Shown: positions 20,510 to 30,486 of the stretch, piece after piece
Layout of the letters: the number at the start of each line of letters is the position of its first letter
Position numbering within the stretch: position 1 is the first letter of the stretch
Assembly: GCA_030426685.1 (NCBI GenBank)
Contig: JAUHYC010000007.1
Coordinates: forward strand, 19,221-83,220
Direction of reading: 5' to 3'
Source of the DNA: Alphaproteobacteria bacterium
GTDB taxonomy: Bacteria > Pseudomonadota > Alphaproteobacteria > Rhodobacterales > Rhodobacteraceae
DNA: 64,000 bases
Translations under genes and position numbers: made by a program
Notes under the pieces: model-generated
Seen by the model: only the letters and a program-made list of their open reading frames with translations
What the model was told of the DNA's origin: nothing
The model's database searches: none

Positions 20510-21145
20510 TCAGAGTCCCAAAAGCCCGGGCACTTGTGGCATCGCGGTAAATACCTCGGCCCCCAGCCCGGAAAGGCGTGCGCCATCATCATGGGCCGCA
20601 TATGCCAGGCAGCGCATATTGGCGCGCCGGGCGGCGGTGACCCCGTTTTCACTGTCTTCGATGACCACTGGATTGCTCGCTCCGAAATGTTGCGCGGCGG
20701 TCAGGAACAGCGTCGGGTCGGGTTTGCCGCTGCCCAGAATATGGGCCGAGAACATGACGTCTTTGAACCGGTCCCACAGACCGTTTTGGCCCAGCGTGAT
20801 CTGCATCTTCTCAGGACGACCATTCGAGGCGACACAGTACGGAATGCCCTGCGCGTCAAGCCCTGCGAGCAGCTCGGGGATGCCTTCGATCAGCGGAGTG
20901 CCTGCGCGCAACGTGTCATAGATCTCCGCATAGATCTGTTCGGTCCAGTCATCCGGCAAGTCCGCCCCCAGGTGACGCGCTTTGTCACGGACACCGGTCA
21001 TGGTGCCACCGACAAATAGCGCCATGCACTCGGTCAGGGACAGGTGCAGCCCGTAGCCCGCCAGGTTATCCACCATGACCTGATTGGACAGAACCTCGCT
21101 GTCGACCAGAACGCCGTCACAATCGAAAATGACCAGATCGTGCAT
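20510..21145 (-). CDS. HAD-family phosphatase
   Basis: FDCDGVLVDSE, VASN, KPDP, VIEDS. Confidence 0.93.
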   Translation of the reverse strand: MHDLVIFDCDGVLVDSEVLSNQVMVDNLAGYGLHLSLTECMALFVGGTMTGVRDKARHLGADLPDDWTEQIYAEIYDTLRAGTPLIEGIPELLAGLDAQGIPYCVASNGRPEKMQITLGQNGLWDRFKDVMFSAHILGSGKPDPTLFLTAAQHFGASNPVVIEDSENGVTAARRANMRCLAYAAHDDGARLSGLGAEVFTAMPQVPGLLGL

Positions 21146-21703
21146 CTATCCTCCGGTGCGCCACATCAATGCGATATACGTGTCGCCATATTTGCGTGTG
21201 TCGTGCAGTTCGAACCCCTTGGGCGCCGACATCGGGGCGTTTTCCTCCCACACGATCAGCGCATCCTCGGCCAGCCATCCGCCCCGGAGTGCGGCGGCCA
21301 GAGCTGTTTGACCCAGAGCCTTGCCATAAGGCGGGTCGAGGAAGATCAGATCATAGGGCGCGCCTGTGTTATCACCCAGCCGGGTGGCATCGCGGCGGAT
21401 CAGAATGGTGCTGTCAGCGCTGCGTGTCAGGTCGATATTCTTGCGGATCAGACCCTGCGCCACACGCCCGTCATCGACAAAAGTGACATGCGCGGCACCG
21501 CGCGACAGCGCCTCGAGCCCCAGTGCACCGGTGCCCGCAAACAGGTCGAGCACGCGCAGGCCGTCAAGATCGATCTGGTGGTCGAGCACGTTGAACAGGC
21601 TTTCGCGCACCCGGTCCGTGGTGGGCCGCAGATGCGCGCCGGCATCGCCTTTACCAACTGAGGCCAGCGCCCGGCCTCGGAACTCTCCGGCGATGATCCT
21701 CAC
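21146..21703 (-). CDS. rsmD: 16S rRNA (G966-N2) methyltransferase
   Basis: MRIIAG, RPTTDRVRESLF, LDLFAGTGALG.EALSRGA, FLDPPY. Confidence 0.95.
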   Translation of the reverse strand: MRIIAGEFRGRALASVGKGDAGAHLRPTTDRVRESLFNVLDHQIDLDGLRVLDLFAGTGALGLEALSRGAAHVTFVDDGRVAQGLIRKNIDLTRSADSTILIRRDATRLGDNTGAPYDLIFLDPPYGKALGQTALAAALRGGWLAEDALIVWEENAPMSAPKGFELHDTRKYGDTYIALMWRTGG

Positions 21704-22911
21704 GTTTTGAGCAGCGGTTTCAGGTCCGCGTCCGGGTCAGCAACAACCGCGGGATCGGCGGTTTTTCCCATTTCGATCAGACGTTTGCCAACCATGTAGG
21801 CGCGCGGGTCGTTCATCGCGTCAACTGCGATCAACCGATCGCCCTTGTAGTACCAGTAAGAGACGGTCTGCCCTTCGCCCTGCCGGGTCACGACGCGGTC
21901 ATATCCGGTGTTCAGCCCCGCGATCTGCAGCTTGACATCGAACTGATCCGACCAGAACCACGGCGTTGCCACGTAGTCCTTGGCCGCGCCCAGCATGTTC
22001 TGCGCCACGACCTCGGCCTGATCGATGGCGTTGGGCACGCTTTCCAATCGAATACGCTTCCCCTGATGCGGAAACGAGGCGCAATCACCCGCGGCCCAGA
22101 TCGACGGCTCCGAGGTGCGGCCATGGGCATCGGTCTTGATGCCGTTGTCCAGTTCAAGTCCGGCCATCTCGGCCAGTAGCGTTGATGGGGCAATGCCGAC
22201 GCCGACAACGACGAAATCAACTTGCAGTTCGGTCCCGTCACTCAGCACCGCGCCTGTCACCTTGCCGTTTTCACCCTTGAGGTGATCCAGCCCGACACCT
22301 TCACGGATATCGGCGCCGTATGCGCTGTGCAGGGTGCGGAAATAATCGCTGGTCTCAGGCGCGGCGACGCGCTGCAGGATGCGGTCGGCCATCTCGACCA
22401 GAGTCACCTTGACCCCGCGCTTGGCACAGACCGCCGCAGCCTCAAGCCCGATATAACCGCCACCCACGATCAGCGCGCGCGCGCCTTCGGTGACCGAGGG
22501 GCTCATTTCGTCGATATGAGCCAGATCGCGCACCACATGGACGCCATCCAGATCGCCACCGATTGCGGCAGGCAAGCGGCGCGGATCCGATCCGGTGGTC
22601 AGCGCCAGCTGGTCATAGTGGATCACATCGCCACCCACCGTCACCGTTTTGGCCTGCGGATCGATACCGGTGACGCGCTGGCCGAGGCGCAGGGTGATGT
22701 TGTTCTCGACATAGAAGCTTTCGGGCCGCAGGAACAGGCGCTCGAGCTCCATCTCGCCCAGCAGATAGGCCTTGGACAAGGGTGGGCGCTGATAGGGCAG
22801 ATGCGGCTCGGCCCCGATCAGGGTGATGTCCCCGACAAACCCGTCCTTGCGCAGCCGCGCCACCAGGGACGCACCCGCCTGCCCTGCTCCGATCACGACA
22901 AAATGGCTCAT
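21700..22911 (-). CDS. FAD/NAD(P)-dependent ferredoxin reductase-like oxidoreductase
   Basis: GAGQAG, YQRPPLSK, GGGYIGLE, AAGDC, PWFWSDQ. Confidence 0.92.
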   Translation of the reverse strand: MSHFVVIGAGQAGASLVARLRKDGFVGDITLIGAEPHLPYQRPPLSKAYLLGEMELERLFLRPESFYVENNITLRLGQRVTGIDPQAKTVTVGGDVIHYDQLALTTGSDPRRLPAAIGGDLDGVHVVRDLAHIDEMSPSVTEGARALIVGGGYIGLEAAAVCAKRGVKVTLVEMADRILQRVAAPETSDYFRTLHSAYGADIREGVGLDHLKGENGKVTGAVLSDGTELQVDFVVVGVGIAPSTLLAEMAGLELDNGIKTDAHGRTSEPSIWAAGDCASFPHQGKRIRLESVPNAIDQAEVVAQNMLGAAKDYVATPWFWSDQFDVKLQIAGLNTGYDRVVTRQGEGQTVSYWYYKGDRLIAVDAMNDPRAYMVGKRLIEMGKTADPAVVADPDADLKPLLKT

Positions 22912-23010
22912 GTTTCCCTCGTCTCGACGAATTACCGTAGCTTCGTTCACCTGCCCACCTATATTGCGGTAGAGCCCGACTCTGCAAATCCAATCGACAG
23001 GAGCACAAAG

Positions 23011-23496
23011 ATGATTTCAACAGGTGACAAGCTGCCCGATGCCACGCTGATTCAGATGGGCGCGGAGGGCCCGGAAGAGGTTCGGGTTTCAGACAAGACC
23101 AAAGGCCGCAAGGTCGTTATTTTTGCGGTTCCCGGCGCCTATACCGGTACCTGTACAACCGCGCATGTTCCCAGTTTCATGCGCACCAAGGATCAGTTTG
23201 ATGCCAAGGGCGTGGACGAGATCATCTGTATTTCGGTCAACGACCCCTTTGTCATGGGTGCCTGGGGTGAAAGCACCGGCGCCAGTGCGGCCGGGCTGAC
23301 CATGCTGGCCGATCCCGCATCCGAATTCACCAAGGCGGTAGGCATGGAATTCGATGCCCCTCCGGTCGGGCTGCTTGCTCGGTCCAAGCGCTATGCGATG
23401 CTGGTTGAGGATGGCAAGGTGCTCGCCTTGAATCTGGAAGAGAACCCCGGCGTCTGCGAGACCTCAGCGGGTGAGGGGCTGTTGGACGTGATCTGA
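23011..23496 (+). CDS. peroxiredoxin (Prx5 family)
   Basis: FAVPGAYTGTCTTAHVP, SVNDPFVM, RSKRYAM. Confidence 0.94.
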   Translation: MISTGDKLPDATLIQMGAEGPEEVRVSDKTKGRKVVIFAVPGAYTGTCTTAHVPSFMRTKDQFDAKGVDEIICISVNDPFVMGAWGESTGASAAGLTMLADPASEFTKAVGMEFDAPPVGLLARSKRYAMLVEDGKVLALNLEENPGVCETSAGEGLLDVI

Positions 23497-23502
23497 CCCC
23501 GA

Positions 23503-23525
23503 TGGCCCCGGCCTGGCCGGGGCCA
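23503..23525 (+). terminator. GC-rich hairpin after prx
   Basis: TGGCCCCGGC-CTG-GCCGGGGCCA; no U-tract. Confidence 0.4.
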
Positions 23526-23598
23526 GCTGATGCGCAATTAACTTGATGCAACGCCGGGATGCGCCAATACTCGACCCATATTATGCGGGAGTTCATTG

Positions 23599-23844
23599 AT
23601 GCGACTGAAATTGCTCACATTGGTTCTTGGCGGAGCGGGCGCGCTGGCGGCCTGTGGACCGGCCCCGACGCCGCAGCAGCAGGCGGCACGTCAGCACGAG
23701 ATCGCCTGCCTCAGCGGCACATTGGGCGGAGCGCTGATCGGCGGCGCAATCGGCAACCAGTTCGGCGGCGGATCGGGCAAGGCGATCCTGACGGCTGCAG
23801 GTGCTGCCGCGGGCGGCGTGTCCGGCCAACGCTACGCGTGCTGA
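23599..23844 (+). CDS. glycine-zipper lipoprotein
   Basis: Lipobox LAAC; GGALIGGAIGNQFGGGSG...GAAAGG. Confidence 0.8.
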   Translation: MRLKLLTLVLGGAGALAACGPAPTPQQQAARQHEIACLSGTLGGALIGGAIGNQFGGGSGKAILTAAGAAAGGVSGQRYAC

Positions 23845-23855
23845 GGAGAGTTGAG

Positions 23856-24203
23856 ATGAAACACGCATTCGTTGTGATCGCAACCCTGGCCCTGACCAGC
23901 GCCGTCCATGCCGAGACTGTCTCGGAACTGAACGAAGCCGAGTTGAACGCCATCGATTCAAACAATGACGGCTTCCTGTCACTGGATGAGTTCAATGCCT
24001 TTTCCGACTACGCTTTCCAGGAAATGGATGATGACAAGAACGGCACTCTGGGCCTGAACGAGGCCAAGCCGTTTTTGGACATCAAGCGGTTTCAGGCGGT
24101 TGACCGGGATGGCGACAGCCTTATCTCCAAAGAGGAATATGACACGCAGATGCAGAAGGATTTCGAGGCTGCGGATCAGGATGGCAATGGCCGGCTAGAT
24201 TAA
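23856..24203 (+). CDS. secreted EF-hand protein
   Basis: Signal peptide; loops DSNNDGFLSLDE, DDDKNGTLGLNE, DRDGDSLISKEE, DQDGNGRLD. Confidence 0.85.
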   Translation: MKHAFVVIATLALTSAVHAETVSELNEAELNAIDSNNDGFLSLDEFNAFSDYAFQEMDDDKNGTLGLNEAKPFLDIKRFQAVDRDGDSLISKEEYDTQMQKDFEAADQDGNGRLD

Positions 24204-24231
24204 CGCCCGGCCGCAATGAGCGGGACTCGTC

Positions 24232-24540
24232 ATGAGGGTATGGATCGGTTTGAATGTACTGGCAGTGCTGGCGGCCTGCGATGTGCCGCAATCCCCGGTG
24301 ATCACGGGCCCGGATGGGCAGACCCGCATTCAGATCAATACCAGTGGGCTGACCTGCTATCAGACACGTTGTCTGGACATTAACCCGGCCGCGCGCAGCG
24401 TGCGGTCCATCGGCAATCGCACGATTCGCGTTCCGGGCAATATCGATGTCAGCAGCGGCACCGTCACCGTCGACGAATTCAAGCAGCTCGGCACTGCTGC
24501 GATGCTGGCAGGTGGCGCCGGATCGCAAGGCGACCGTTAG
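24232..24540 (+). CDS. hypothetical lipoprotein
   Basis: Lipobox LAAC; two further Cys. Confidence 0.65.
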   Translation: MRVWIGLNVLAVLAACDVPQSPVITGPDGQTRIQINTSGLTCYQTRCLDINPAARSVRSIGNRTIRVPGNIDVSSGTVTVDEFKQLGTAAMLAGGAGSQGDR

Positions 24541-24830
24541 ATCAGACTGTCCATCTTGCGCGCAAGCTTGGCATCCAGCGCTGAAAGGCCGCCCACGTCA
24601 TGGGTGGACAGGGTCACCTCAACCGTGCGGTAGACGTTGGACCATTCCGGGTGGTGATTCCATTTTTCTGCAAAGATTGCGACCTGGGTCATCCAACCAA
24701 ACGCATGAACAAAATCTTCGAAAATGAAGGTCTTGGTGATCGCATCGCGGTCCTCAACCATGGTCCAGCCATTTCTGAACAGCGGGTCCAGCAGCGGGCC
24801 GCGGGTCTCGGTCGACAGAAGTTCGGTCAT
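24537..24830 (-). CDS. phhB: pterin-4-alpha-carbinolamine dehydratase
   Basis: [26 protein letters not shown]. Confidence 0.93.
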   Translation of the reverse strand: MTELLSTETRGPLLDPLFRNGWTMVEDRDAITKTFIFEDFVHAFGWMTQVAIFAEKWNHHPEWSNVYRTVEVTLSTHDVGGLSALDAKLARKMDSLI

Positions 24831-26014
24831 TGCTGTTCCTCCGGGTTCGATTTCCTGAACGGGCCGTAATCCGTCAGGATTTCGATCTCTTCTCCCACTG
24901 CGTGGGCTTCGGCGTCCAGAAATTTCTGTACGGCATCAGCAAAACCCGGATCGCCGACCCAATGCAAGCTATGCGTGCGCGTCGGCAGATAGCCGCGCGC
25001 CAGCTTGTGTTCGCCCTGCGCACCGGCCTCAACCCGGGTCAGACCTTCGGCAATGGCAAAATCGATCGCCCTATAATAGCACAACTCAAAATGCAGGCAG
25101 GGGTGATGTTCGACACAGCCCCAATAGCGGCCATAGAGCGTTTCGCGCCCGATGAAGTTCAAAGCGCCCGCAATCGGGTATCCGTTGCGCTCGGCCAGCA
25201 CCAGAACGATGTCGTCGGTCATGGTTTCCTGAGCGATATCAAAGAATTGCCGCGTCAGATACGGCGCACCCCATTTGCGCGATCCGGTGTCCTGATAGAA
25301 CCGCCAGAACGCATCCCAGTGCTCGGGGCGCAAATCGTCACCAGTCAGGATGCGAATCTGGCCGCCAAAGTCACACGCCTGTGCGCGTTCCTTGCGGATG
25401 TTCTTGCGTTTGCGCGACGACAGCGCGGTTAGAAACCCCTCAAAATTGGCGTAATCGTCATTCAGCCAATGAAACTGTTGCGAGTGCCGCACCATAAGGC
25501 CCATCTGCTCACCGGCCAGCGCCTCGGCCTCGGTGCAGAAAGTGGCATGCAGCGACGAGATGCGGTTCTCGGCGGCCAGTTGCACCGCGCCCTGCACCAG
25601 CGCCGACATACCCAGGGCGTCATATCCCGGCCGGACCAGAAAACGCCGGCCCGTTGCGGGCGTAAAAGGTGCGGCGATCTGCAGCTTCGGGTAATATCGC
25701 CCGCCCGCGCTTTCATAGGCATGGGCCCAGCTGTGATCGAAGATGTATTCGCCCTGAGAATGCGATTTTGCATACATCGGAGCCGCACCGATCAGCATCC
25801 CATCCAGATAGGCCGTCAGATATTGCGGCTGCCAGCCTGTGCCCCGCCCGACCGAGCCGCTTTCCTCAAGCGCCAGCAGAAACCGGTGCGTGGTGAACGG
25901 ATCAAGAGGTCGCCCGCCCTCAGCCGTTTCGGGGCAAGCGCAACTGTCCCAGTCGCTCGCGGAAATCTGCGAGAGCGATGTCAGAACCCGAACTTCGATC
26001 TGTGACTGATCCAT
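24827..26014 (-). CDS. FemAB-like GNAT protein (DUF482 type)
   Basis: [48 protein letters not shown]. Confidence 0.9.
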   Translation of the reverse strand: MDQSQIEVRVLTSLSQISASDWDSCACPETAEGGRPLDPFTTHRFLLALEESGSVGRGTGWQPQYLTAYLDGMLIGAAPMYAKSHSQGEYIFDHSWAHAYESAGGRYYPKLQIAAPFTPATGRRFLVRPGYDALGMSALVQGAVQLAAENRISSLHATFCTEAEALAGEQMGLMVRHSQQFHWLNDDYANFEGFLTALSSRKRKNIRKERAQACDFGGQIRILTGDDLRPEHWDAFWRFYQDTGSRKWGAPYLTRQFFDIAQETMTDDIVLVLAERNGYPIAGALNFIGRETLYGRYWGCVEHHPCLHFELCYYRAIDFAIAEGLTRVEAGAQGEHKLARGYLPTRTHSLHWVGDPGFADAVQKFLDAEAHAVGEEIEILTDYGPFRKSNPEEQQ

Positions 26015-26059
26015 GTGCCCTCCGCGCCAGACCTTTATCTGTGATCAAGCGCGCCGGGA

Positions 26060-26830
26060 TCAAGCGGGATGTGCGGCCAGATACCCCTCAAAGGTCACAT
26101 TGTCGGCAACCTTGCGCGCCTCTGCCTCCTGTTCGGGCGAGCGTATCGTCCAGCACAGCACCGGAACGCCCTGCGCCTTCAACTCGGCCACTCGGGGACG
26201 GGACAGATCAGCTGCCTCGTGGCTGATGAAACTGGCTTTGACACGGTCAAAATCGGGAATGGCGCGCAGGTGGTCGCACACCTCGGCAGGCAGCAATTCA
26301 ACTGCGGGGTTATACGAGCATGTAACGATCCCGCGCGGTATGCCCGGGGCGATCTGCGCCAGTTCGGCGACTGAGTTGGGGTTGAATGACATCAGCGCCA
26401 CCGGACCGTCATAACCCTGTAATGCGCGCACGGCATCCGCCTCAAGTGCACCCACATCCGGCCCCATTGCACCGTCCTGATCCTTGAGTTCAATCAGCAA
26501 GGGCGCACGGCCCGCAACCAGATCAAGCACCTCATCAAGTGTGGGAATGCCTTCGTCCTGAGACCGCAGCAACAGCAGATCCTGCGCCTGCGCGGCGGTG
26601 ATCTTCCGGATCGGGCCAGTCTGACCGGTCAGGCGCTTCAGATCGTAATCGTGAAACACCATAGCGCGGCCATCCGAGCTAAGCTGCAGATCGATCTCGA
26701 TTCCATACCCCTCGTCGATCGCCGCGCGGATCGCAGCCCCGCTGTTTTCCGGGCGCCCACCGGCAACATCGTGCAACGCCCGATGCGCGATCGGGCGGTG
26801 CAGTAATTCATCTGGCAGAGGTGGTGTCAT
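26060..26830 (-). CDS. glycerophosphodiester phosphodiesterase
   Basis: IAHRALH, PENS, IEIDLQ, VFHD, LIELK. Confidence 0.92.
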   Translation of the reverse strand: MTPPLPDELLHRPIAHRALHDVAGGRPENSGAAIRAAIDEGYGIEIDLQLSSDGRAMVFHDYDLKRLTGQTGPIRKITAAQAQDLLLLRSQDEGIPTLDEVLDLVAGRAPLLIELKDQDGAMGPDVGALEADAVRALQGYDGPVALMSFNPNSVAELAQIAPGIPRGIVTCSYNPAVELLPAEVCDHLRAIPDFDRVKASFISHEAADLSRPRVAELKAQGVPVLCWTIRSPEQEAEARKVADNVTFEGYLAAHPA

Positions 26831-27282
26831 TGAACCTCAAAGATACCTTCGATTTCGACCGCGACGCCCAGCGGCAGCGACGCCGCACTGACGGCCGAGC
26901 GAGAATGGCGGCCTGCATCACCCAGCGCCTCGACCAGGAAATCGGACGCACCGTTGATCACCTGCGGCTGTGCGGTGAAATCCGGGGTCGAGTTCACAAA
27001 ACCGGTCAGCTTGATCACGCGCACCAGCTTGTCGATATCCCCGCCGCAGGCCGCCTTGACCTGTGCCAGCAGGTTGATGGCGCAGACCTTGGCAGCGGCA
27101 GCGCCCGCCTCGACATCCATGTCATCGCCCAGTCTGCCGATGATCAGCTCGTCATCCTTGGAGATCTGGCCCGAGACATAGACAATGTTGCCGATCCGCA
27201 CGAACGGTACGTAATTCGCCGCCGGCGCGGGCGCGTCCGGCAGATTGACGCCGAGGCTGTCCAGTTTTGCTGCGATGCTCAT
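26827..27282 (-). CDS. RidA-family protein
   Basis: PAPAANYVP, YVSGQ, HSRSAV, LP.GVAVEIE. Confidence 0.92.
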   Translation of the reverse strand: MSIAAKLDSLGVNLPDAPAPAANYVPFVRIGNIVYVSGQISKDDELIIGRLGDDMDVEAGAAAAKVCAINLLAQVKAACGGDIDKLVRVIKLTGFVNSTPDFTAQPQVINGASDFLVEALGDAGRHSRSAVSAASLPLGVAVEIEGIFEVQ

Positions 27283-27580
27283 GAATTCGGTCTCCCACGT
27301 ATTGAGTCGGGGCGGACGCTAACCGGGAAAACCCGTTTCGGAAAGCGCGAAATCGGCAATCTGCCGATCCCGTGCGAACTGGGCGCGTCTCCTCTTATTC
27401 AGGAAGTGTTGATATTGTATCACTTTACCCCAACCCATCGGCTAGGGTAAACGCGAGTTGTTGTTTCAAATCCGGCGCGAAGCGTCTATGTGAGACCAAT
27501 TGCACGACCGAGAACGCAATGGCCGTAATGATTGAAGACCCGACAACACCACCGGGTGAATTTTTGGAGTAGCAAAGACT

Positions 27581-28396
27581 GTGCCACGTCCCATCCGCCT
27601 GAAGCACCTGATTATTATGGCCCTCATGACGGCTCTGTCGGCCTGCGCCTCGCAGCCGCAGGACGCCGCTGCCCGGGGTGAGATTTTCGATCCATACGAA
27701 AATGCCAATCGCGGCATTCACAAGTTCAATCTGGGCGTGGACCGGTTCCTGTTCCGTCCGGCCTCGAAAGGTTACGTGAAAATCGTACCAGATCCGATGG
27801 TCACGAGCTTCAGCACTTTTGCCGAGAATATCTCGCTGCCCGGACAGGCGGTGGACTATCTGTTACAGGGCAACCCCAAGCAAATGGGCAATGCCCTGCT
27901 GCGCTTTGTGATCAACATGACAGTGGGCGGCTTTGGCCTGTCCGCCCCTGCGGATGAGCTGCCCCTGCCCCCTGTCGATACCGATTTCGGCGAAACCCTG
28001 CATGTCTGGGGCTTTGGCGAGGGCGCGTATGTCGAGCTGCCCTTCTATGGCCCCTCGACCACCCGAGATGCGGTCGGCGTGATCGTGAACCTGTTCTCGA
28101 ACCCGATCAATTTCAGCCCCACCCGGCCCGCCGACAATCTGGGCGTCTATGCCGAGGTGGTACGGCGTATGGGTGATCGGGGGCGGTTTTCCGATACGGT
28201 CGATTCGATTCTCTATGAAAGCGCGGACAGTTACGCGCAGGCACGCACGATCTACCTGCAAAACCGCCGATTTGAACTGGCGCGGGATGATGAGGATGCC
28301 TATCTGGGGCTGTATGACGACCCGTATGCCAATGTCGGGACCGACCCTGTCAGGGACCCCTACCTAGACCCCTACGAGGACCCCTATGCCGAATAA
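27581..28396 (+). CDS. mlaA: MlaA/VacJ lipoprotein
   Basis: Lipobox LSAC; DPYE..NR...FN, DFGETL..WG, YVELPFYGPSTTRD. Confidence 0.92.
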   Translation: MPRPIRLKHLIIMALMTALSACASQPQDAAARGEIFDPYENANRGIHKFNLGVDRFLFRPASKGYVKIVPDPMVTSFSTFAENISLPGQAVDYLLQGNPKQMGNALLRFVINMTVGGFGLSAPADELPLPPVDTDFGETLHVWGFGEGAYVELPFYGPSTTRDAVGVIVNLFSNPINFSPTRPADNLGVYAEVVRRMGDRGRFSDTVDSILYESADSYAQARTIYLQNRRFELARDDEDAYLGLYDDPYANVGTDPVRDPYLDPYEDPYAE

Positions 28397-28994
28397 TCTG
28401 ATGAACCGACGTCACTTTGCGGCCACCGCCCTGACCGGGCTGATGGTTGCTGCCTTGCCTTTGCCCGCGTTTGCACTGACCGAAGCCGGAGCCAAACAGC
28501 TGGTCGACAGCGTGGTGGCCGATATCACCCGCGTCATCGAATCCGGCAAATCCGAAAACGCCATGCTGCGCGATTTTCAGAAGATCTTTGTGCAATATGG
28601 CGATGTGCCGATCATGGCCCGCTATGCGCTGGGTGCAGATGCGCGTACGGCGAGCGCCTCGCAGATGCGCCAGTTCACACAGGCGTTTCAGGGCTATATC
28701 TCGCGCAAATATGGCCGCCGCTTCCGCGAATTCATCGGTGGCGAGGTTACCGTGCGCAACGCCCGCAAAATCAAGACAGGCTATGAGGTCAGAACAACCG
28801 TCAAGCTGCGCGGCTCATCCCCGTTCGAAGTGACCTTTCTGGTGTCAGACAAATCCGGCAGCGGTAAATTCTACAACATGTTCATCGAAGGTGTGAACCT
28901 GCTGCTGACAGAGCGCACCGAGATCGGCGCCATGCTGGATGCACGCAAGGGCAATCTGAACCAGTTGATCAAGGATCTGAACACCACAGGCTGA
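28386..28994 (+). CDS. mlaC: phospholipid-binding protein MlaC/Ttg2D
   Basis: Tat-like NRRHF leader; ARYALG, YNMFIEGVNLL. Confidence 0.85.
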   Translation: MPNNLMNRRHFAATALTGLMVAALPLPAFALTEAGAKQLVDSVVADITRVIESGKSENAMLRDFQKIFVQYGDVPIMARYALGADARTASASQMRQFTQAFQGYISRKYGRRFREFIGGEVTVRNARKIKTGYEVRTTVKLRGSSPFEVTFLVSDKSGSGKFYNMFIEGVNLLLTERTEIGAMLDARKGNLNQLIKDLNTTG

Positions 28995-28996
28995 AT

Positions 28997-29230
28997 TCAA
29001 AGAGCTTTATTGCCGTCAAAACCTTCGAATCCAGGTTTTGGTTCGACCGGTTCAGCTTCGTAAAGCGCGATCATCGGCATCACCGATGGCTCTATCTGCT
29101 CAAGCCAGTCCGGCCCGTCATAGAATGTGTCCAATAACCTGTCGCGTTCCTCCATCGAGGGGAACGCGCGCATCCCATGGACCTTGTCGGCCGCAAGACG
29201 GTTTGAAACAGGCTAAAGCAAGGGAACACC
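28997..29230 (-). pseudogene. decayed NIPSNAP-like gene remnant
   Basis: Frame reads ...MRAFPSMEERDRLLDTFYDGPDWLEQIEPSVMPMIALYE...; upstream part broken by an in-frame TAG and probable frameshifts; family assignment by eye. Confidence 0.4.
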
Positions 29231-29473
29231 ATCCGCGGGTGGAGTCCGACAACCCGGTGCAGCGGCGCGTTCTGACCACAGATCGGCAACACCGAAATCT
29301 GTGTCGGATCGACCAAACCGATGGATTGGCACCTGCCCGCTGTCGATAGCACGCTATTGCATTTGCGGCTCAGCAGACCGGGTCAGGAAACACCGATGAC
29401 AGTTTCTCGCGCTTTGCCAATGCTCTGGGAACCATATGCAACCCGCGTCCACCCACGCAGCACCGGCAAAAGC

Positions 29474-30202
29474 TCAGGGTGCATAGCTGCGCACCAGGGC
29501 ACTGGCGATCAGGGCCCAGCCATCTGCAATCACAAAGAACGCGAGCTTGAAAGGCAGTGAGACCGTGGCCGGGGGCACCATCATCATGCCCATCGACATC
29601 AGCACCGCCGCAACCACCAGGTCAATGATCAGGAAGGGCAGGAAAATCAGAAACCCGATCTGAAACGCCCGTGCGATCTCGGACAGCATGAAGGAGGGCA
29701 TCAGCACCGACAATGGCGCCTCTGGCGACAATTGCATTTTGGCGCCATCCGGACGCAGCGCAGCCATGGCGTGAAAGGTATCGGTATCCAGCCGAGCCGC
29801 CATAAAATCCCGGAACGGCTCCAACGCGCGTTCCAGCGCTGGTTCCACATCCAGCGTTTCGTCGATCATGGGCTGGATACCGGTTTGCCAGGCTTCGGTA
29901 AAAACGGGCTCCATTATGAAATAGGTCAAGAACAGGGCCAGGCTGACAATCAGCATGTTGGGTGGCGATTGCTGCAACCCGATTCCCTGTCGCAGGATCG
30001 CCAACACGGTGATCAGAAATGGAAAGCAGGTGATCATGATCGCCAACCCCGGCGCAAGGCTCAGCACGGTAATCAGCACGATCAGCTGAATGGTTCGCGC
30101 CGAGATCGAACCGCCCTCACCCAAAGACAGCGACAGCTCCTGCGCGGTGGCGAGCGAGGGAACCAGCAACAGGATCGCCAACCAGAGGAGCAGACGCATC
30201 AT
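29474..30202 (-). CDS. fliP: flagellar export pore protein FliP
   Basis: LRQGIGLQQSPPNMLIVSLALFLT, PSFMLSEI..AFQIGF, VSLPFKL.FF. Confidence 0.96.
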   Translation of the reverse strand: MMRLLLWLAILLLVPSLATAQELSLSLGEGGSISARTIQLIVLITVLSLAPGLAIMITCFPFLITVLAILRQGIGLQQSPPNMLIVSLALFLTYFIMEPVFTEAWQTGIQPMIDETLDVEPALERALEPFRDFMAARLDTDTFHAMAALRPDGAKMQLSPEAPLSVLMPSFMLSEIARAFQIGFLIFLPFLIIDLVVAAVLMSMGMMMVPPATVSLPFKLAFFVIADGWALIASALVRSYAP

Positions 30203-30486
30203 CCGATCCCGTTCTGCAGGTCCGAGATTTCAGTCAGCCGCACCGCCAGTTGACCCGCCTGATCACCCTCCATCTCCTCCAACAGACCGCGGGCTACCAG
30301 TTGATCCCCGACATAGAGATCCACCGGATCCTCGATCCGCTTGTCCAACGTCAGCACAGCGTTTTCGCCCATGTTCAGCAGATCGCGGATCAGCGGGCGC
30401 GCACGCCCGACCGAAACTGTGACTTCGATTGGCACCGTCTCGAACGGGTTTGGTTTTTCCGGTTGCCGGGATTGGGGGTCATTCAT
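30199..30486 (-). CDS. fliN: flagellar switch protein FliN
   Basis: VPIEVTVSVG, VDLYVGDQLVARG (SpoA domain). Confidence 0.88.
   Translation of the reverse strand: MNDPQSRQPEKPNPFETVPIEVTVSVGRARPLIRDLLNMGENAVLTLDKRIEDPVDLYVGDQLVARGLLEEMEGDQAGQLAVRLTEISDLQNGIG

Noticed and set aside
27412-27426. FNR box (TTGAT-ATTGT-ATCAC) upstream of mlaA
   Set aside because: Spacer is 5 nt rather than 4 and the right half is imperfect.
28300-28396. CRISPR-like or tandem repeat (GACCCC-TAC units)
   Set aside because: In-frame DPY codons in mlaA; too short, with no spacers and no cas genes.
29092-29352. 86-aa ORF from the track
   Set aside because: No motif or RBS; the protein-like signal is in a different, broken frame.
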